Position numbers and translations under genes: made by a program. A DNA stretch of 32,608 nt. Origin: Callorhinchus milii. Taxonomy: Eukaryota. Each line of letters opens with the position of its first letter. The first letter of the stretch is position 1. The DNA lies in assembly GCF_018977255.1 (NCBI RefSeq), contig NW_024705595.1:1-32608 (forward strand), read 5' to 3'. Under the pieces are notes generated by a model, which did not search any database, was not told the DNA's origin, and saw only the letters and a program-made list of their open reading frames with translations. This document shows, in pieces, positions 27,701-32,608 of this stretch.

Positions 27701-30700
27701 TGAGTCTGACTCTCGTTCACAACAAAATCAAGCACTTGGCATTAGAAAATAAGCAGAGTGCTCGAAATTGCTGTAAACGTGAACAGAAAAGATTTATCGA
27801 CTTGGTGGCACAACATTTCCATTGAGTGTGTGAGCACGAACCACCGATGTTTGCGTTGCAGGCTCGAACGGAGCTTTCCGAAGGTCCCCGTGGATCTCAC
27901 ACTCGACCTCCTTGAGCCAACACCATTCACTGAGATGTGCCTCTTCTAGCAGGACAGGAACGAGGTATGCGAATGTCCGTCCTATGCTGCTCCACTCGTC
28001 TGCATCGCCTTAAGAATGCGCAGTCTCCTCCCACCAACTCCACGACATAATGGGCCGGATTAACGTCGCTCAGGGTACCTTGGAAATCATGCACGAATTC
28101 ATGATCATTAATTTAATAATAAATGCACGCATCGCTTTACACTTTTCAAAGTGCAACGAATCATTCGGGTGCTAATGCTTCTGCTGCTTTGGCAGCGGTG
28201 CACAAGCACAATTGAAAACAAATCAACAACTTGAGGCTTCTTCATCAATACGCTGCGTTTGCGGCCTGCTACAATGGACTTCAGAACAACGAGTAGATGA
28301 GTCTGACTCTCGTTCACAACAAAATCAAGCACTTGGCATTAGAAAATAAGCAGAGTGCTCGAAATTGCTGTAAACGTGAACAGAAAAGATTTATCGACTT
28401 GGTGGCACAACATTTCCATTGAGTGTGTGAGCACGAACCACCGATGTTTGCGTTGCAGGCTCGAACGGAGCTTTCCGAAGGTCCCCGTGGATCTCAATTG
28501 AAAACAAATCAACAACTTGAGACTTCTTCATCAATACGTTGCGTTTGCGGCCTGCTACAATGGACTTCAGAACAACGAGTAGATGAGTCTGACTCTCGTT
28601 CACAACAAAATCAAGCACTTGGCATTAGAAAATAAGCAGAGTGCTCGAAATTGCTGTAAACGTGAACAGAAAAGATTTATCGACTTGGTGGCACAACATT
28701 TCCATTGAGTGAGTGAGCACGAACCACCGATGTTTGCGTTGCAGGCTCGAACGGAGCTTTCCGAAGGTCCCCGTGGATCTCACACTCGACCTCCTTGAGC
28801 CAACACCATTCACTGAGATGTGCCTCTTCTAGCAGGACAGGAACGAGGTATGCGAATGTCCGTCCTATGCTGCTCCACTCGTCTGCATCGCCTTAAGAAT
28901 GCGCAGTCTCCTCCCACCAACTCCACGACATAATGGGCCGGATTAACGTCGCTCAGGGTACCTTGGAAATCATGCACGAATTCATGATCATTATTTAAAT
29001 ATAAATGCACGCATCGCTTTACACTTTTCAAAGTGCAACGAATCATTCGGGTGCTAATGCTTCTGCTGCTTTGGCAGCGGTGCACAAGCACAATTGAAAA
29101 CAAATCAACAACTTGAGGCTTCTTCATCAATACGCTGTGTTTGCGGCCTGCTACAATGGACTTCAGAACAACGAGTAGATGAGTCTGACTCTCGTTCACA
29201 ACAAAATCAAGCACTTGGCATTAGAAAATAAGCAGAGTGCTCGAAATTGCTGTAAACGTGAACAGAAAAGATTTATCGACTTGGTGGCACAACATTTCCA
29301 TTGAGTGTGTGAGCACGAACCACCGATGTTTGCGTTGCAGGCTCGAACGGAGCTTTCCGAAGGTCCCCGTGGATCTCAATTGAAAACAAATCAACAACTT
29401 GAGACTTCTTCATCAATACGCTGCGTTTGCGGCCTGCTACAATGGACTTCAGAACAACGAGTAGATGAGTCTGACTCTCGTTCACAACAAAATCAAGCAC
29501 TTGGCATTAGAAAATAAGCAGAGTGCTCGAAATTGCTGTAAACGTGAACAGAAAAGATTTATCGACTTGGTGGCACAACATTTCCATTGAGTGAGTGAGC
29601 ACGAACCACCGATGTTTGCGTTGCAGGCTCGAACGGAGCTTTCCGAAGGTCCCCGTGGATCTCACACTCGACCTCCTTGAGCCAACACCATTCACTGAGA
29701 TGTGCCTCTTCTAGCAGGACAGGAACGAGGTATGCGAATGTCCGTCCTATGCTGCTCCACTCGTCTGCATCGCCTTAAGAATGCGCAGTCTCCTCCCACC
29801 AACTCCACGACATAATGGGCCGGATTAACGTCGCTCAGGGTACCTTGGAAATCATGCACGAATTCATGATCATTATTTAATATAAATGCACGCATCGCTT
29901 TACACTTTTCAAAGTGCAACGAATCATTCGGGTGCTAATGCTTCTGCTGCTTTGGCAGCGGTGCACAAGCACAATTGAAAACAAATCAACAACTTGAGGC
30001 TTCTTCATCAATACGCTGTGTTTGCGGCCTGCTACAATGGACTTCAGAACAACGAGTAGATGAGTCTGACTCTCGTTCACAACAAAATCAAGCACTTGGC
30101 ATTAGAAAATAAGCAGAGTGCTCGAAATTGCTGTAAACGTGAACAGAAAAGATTTATCGACTTGGTGGCACAACATTTCCATTGAGTGTGTGAGCACGAA
30201 CCACCGATGTTTGCGTTGCAGGCTCGAACGGAGCTTTCCGAAGGTCCCCGTGGATCTCAATTGAAAACAAATCAACAACTTGAGACTTCTTCATCAATAC
30301 GTTGCGTTTGCGGCCTGCTACAATGGACTTCAGAACAACGAGTAGATGAGTCTGACTCTCGTTCACAACAAAATCAAGCACTTGGCATTAGAAAATAAGC
30401 AGAGTGCTCGAAATTGCTGTAAACGTGAACAGAAAAGATTTATCGACTTGGTGGCACAACATTTCCATTGAGTGAGTGAGCACGAACCACCGATGTTTGC
30501 GTTGCAGGCTCGAACGGAGCTTTCCGAAGGTCCCCGTGGATCTCACACTCGACCTCCTTGAGCCAACACCATTCACTGAGATGTGCCTCTTCTAGCAGGA
30601 CAGGAACGAGGTATGCGAATGTCCGTCCTATGCTGCTCCACTCGTCTGCATCGCCTTAAGAATGCGCAGTCTCCTCCCACCAACTCCACGACATAATGGG

Positions 30701-32608
30701 CCGGATTAACGTCGCTCAGGGTACCTTGGAAATCATCACGAATTCATGATCATTTATTTAATAATAAATGCACGCATCGCTTTACACTTTTCAAAGTGCA
30801 ACGAATCATTCGGGTGCTAATGCTTCTGCTGCTTTGGCAGCGGTGCACAAGCACAATTGAAAACAAATCAACAACTTGAGGCTTCTTCATCAATACGCTG
30901 TGTTTGCGGCCTGCTACAATGGACTTCAGAACAACGAGTAGATGAGTCTGACTCTCGTTCACAACAAAATCAAGCACTTGGCATTAGAAAATAAGCAGAG
31001 TGCTCGAAATTGCTGTAAACGTGAACAGAAAAGATTTATCGACTTGGTGGCACAACATTTCCATTGAGTGTGTGAGCACGAACCACCGATGTTTGCGTTG
31101 CAGGCTCGAACGGAGCTTTCCGAAGGTCCCCGTGGATCTCACACTCGACCTCCTTGAGCCAACACCATTCACTGAGATGTGCCTCTTCTAGCAGGACAGG
31201 AACGAGGTATGCGAATGTCCGTCCTATGCTGCTCCACTCGTCTGCATCGCCTTAAGAATGCGCAGTCTCCTCCCACCAACTCCACGACATAATGGGCCGG
31301 ATTAACGTCGCTCAGGGTACCTTGGAAATCATCACGAATTCATGATCATTATTTAATATAAATGCACGCATCGCTTTACACTTTTCAAAGTGCAACGAAT
31401 CATTCGGGTGCTAATGCTTCTGCTGCTTTGGCAGCGGTGCACAAGCACAATTGAAAACAAATCAACAACTTGAGGCTTCTTCATCAATACGCTGTGTTTG
31501 CGGCCTGCTACAATGGACTTCAGAACAACGAGTAGATGAGTCTGACTCTCGTTCACAACAAAATCAAGCACTTGGCATTAGAAAATAAGCAGAGTGCTCG
31601 AAATTGCTGTAAACGTGAACAGAAAAGATTTATCGACTTGGTGGCACAACATTTCCATTGAGTGTGTGAGCACGAACCACCGATGTTTGCGTTGCAGGCT
31701 CGAACGGAGCTTTCCGAAGGTCCCCGTGGATCTCAATTGAAAACAAATCAACAACTTGAGACTTCTTCATCAATACGTTGCGTTTGCGGCCTGCTACAAT
31801 GGACTTCAGAACAACGAGTAGATGAGTCTGACTCTCGTTCACAACAAAATCAAGCACTTGGCATTAGAAAATAAGCAGAGTGCTCGAAATTGCTGTAAAC
31901 GTGAACAGAAAAGATTTATCGACTTGGTGGCACAACATTTCCATTGAGTGAGTGAGCACGAACCACCGATGTTTGCGTTGCAGGCTCGAACGGAGCTTTC
32001 CGAAGGTCCCCGTGGATCTCACACTCGACCTCCTTGAGCCAACACCATTCACTGAGATGTGCCTCTTCTAGCAGGACAGGAACGAGGTATGCGAATGTCC
32101 GTCCTATGCTGCTCCACTCGTCTGCATCGCCTTAAGAATGCGCAGTCTCCTCCCACCAACTCCACGACATAATGGGCCGGATTAACGTCGCTCAGGGTAC
32201 CTTGGAAATCATGCACGAATTCATGATCATTTATTTAAATCATAAATGCACGCATCGCTTTACACTTTTCAAAGTGCAACGAATCATTCGGGTGCTAATG
32301 CTTCTGCTGCTTTGGCAGCGGTGCACAAGCACAATTGAAAACAAATCAACAACTTGAGGCTTCTTCATCAATACGCTGTGTTTGCGGCCTGCTACAATGG
32401 ACTTCAGAACAACGAGTAGATGAGTCTGACTCTCGTTCACAACAAAATCAAGCACTTGGCATTAGAAAATAAGCAGAGTGCTCGAAATTGCTGTAAACGT
32501 GAACAGAAAAGATTTATCGACTTGGTGGCACAACATTTCCATTGAGTGTGTGAGCACGAACCACCGATGTTTGCGTTGCAGGCTCGAACGGAGCTTTCCG
32601 AAGGTCCC
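21705..32608. repeat. Probable ~5.6 kb higher-order duplication (LLSLSLSLLSLS) x ~1.9
   Basis: Eleven consecutive unit positions (22138...26853) map onto 27735...32455 with an offset of 5597-5602 bp and identical L/S order. Confidence 0.7.

Larger units (their letters stand above)
7031..32608. repeat. Tandem satellite-like array, right segment (29 L and 29 S units; runs off the window end)
   Basis: Order read from ORF-track spacings: L S L S S L S S L L S L L S L S L L S S S S L L S S S S L L S S S S L L L S L S L S L L S L S L L S L S L S L L S L. Same orientation and sequence as the left segment. Confidence 0.98.

Noticed and set aside
145..32455. Recurrent 61-134 aa ORFs in the repeat (MLDFVVNESQ..., MNGVGSRR..., MCEHEPPM..., MLEIAVNV...)
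   Set aside because: They are short, overlap on both strands, often use non-ATG starts, are broken by indels in many copies and have no recognisable domain. Their recurrence simply reflects the DNA repeat.
1..32608. CRISPR array or cassette/integron-like repeat-spacer system
   Set aside because: Units are 286-598 bp and the intervening module B is the same each time. There are no unique spacers and no cas, integrase or recombinase gene.

Overview
No recognisable gene is present. About 28 kb of the window is one near-homogeneous tandem (satellite-like) array built from two modules: A (286 bp, e.g. 15-300) and B (~308-312 bp, e.g. 301-609). These occur as long units L (B+A, ~594-598 bp) and short units S (A alone, 285-286 bp), about 32 L and 32 S in an irregular but locally periodic order. 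The array is interrupted by a 30-N gap (2520-2549) followed by a 4,481 bp unique block (2550-7030). That block has no long ORF, repeat or element termini that I can see and reads like random or shuffled DNA. Nearly all of the short ORFs in the track are reading-frame echoes of the repeat and are not called as genes. I found no protein-coding, RNA, CRISPR or mobile-element system that I can support. The real signal is the higher-order grammar of the array, its context-linked variants, and signs of assembly or consensus artefacts. The host is probably eukaryotic (inference only).
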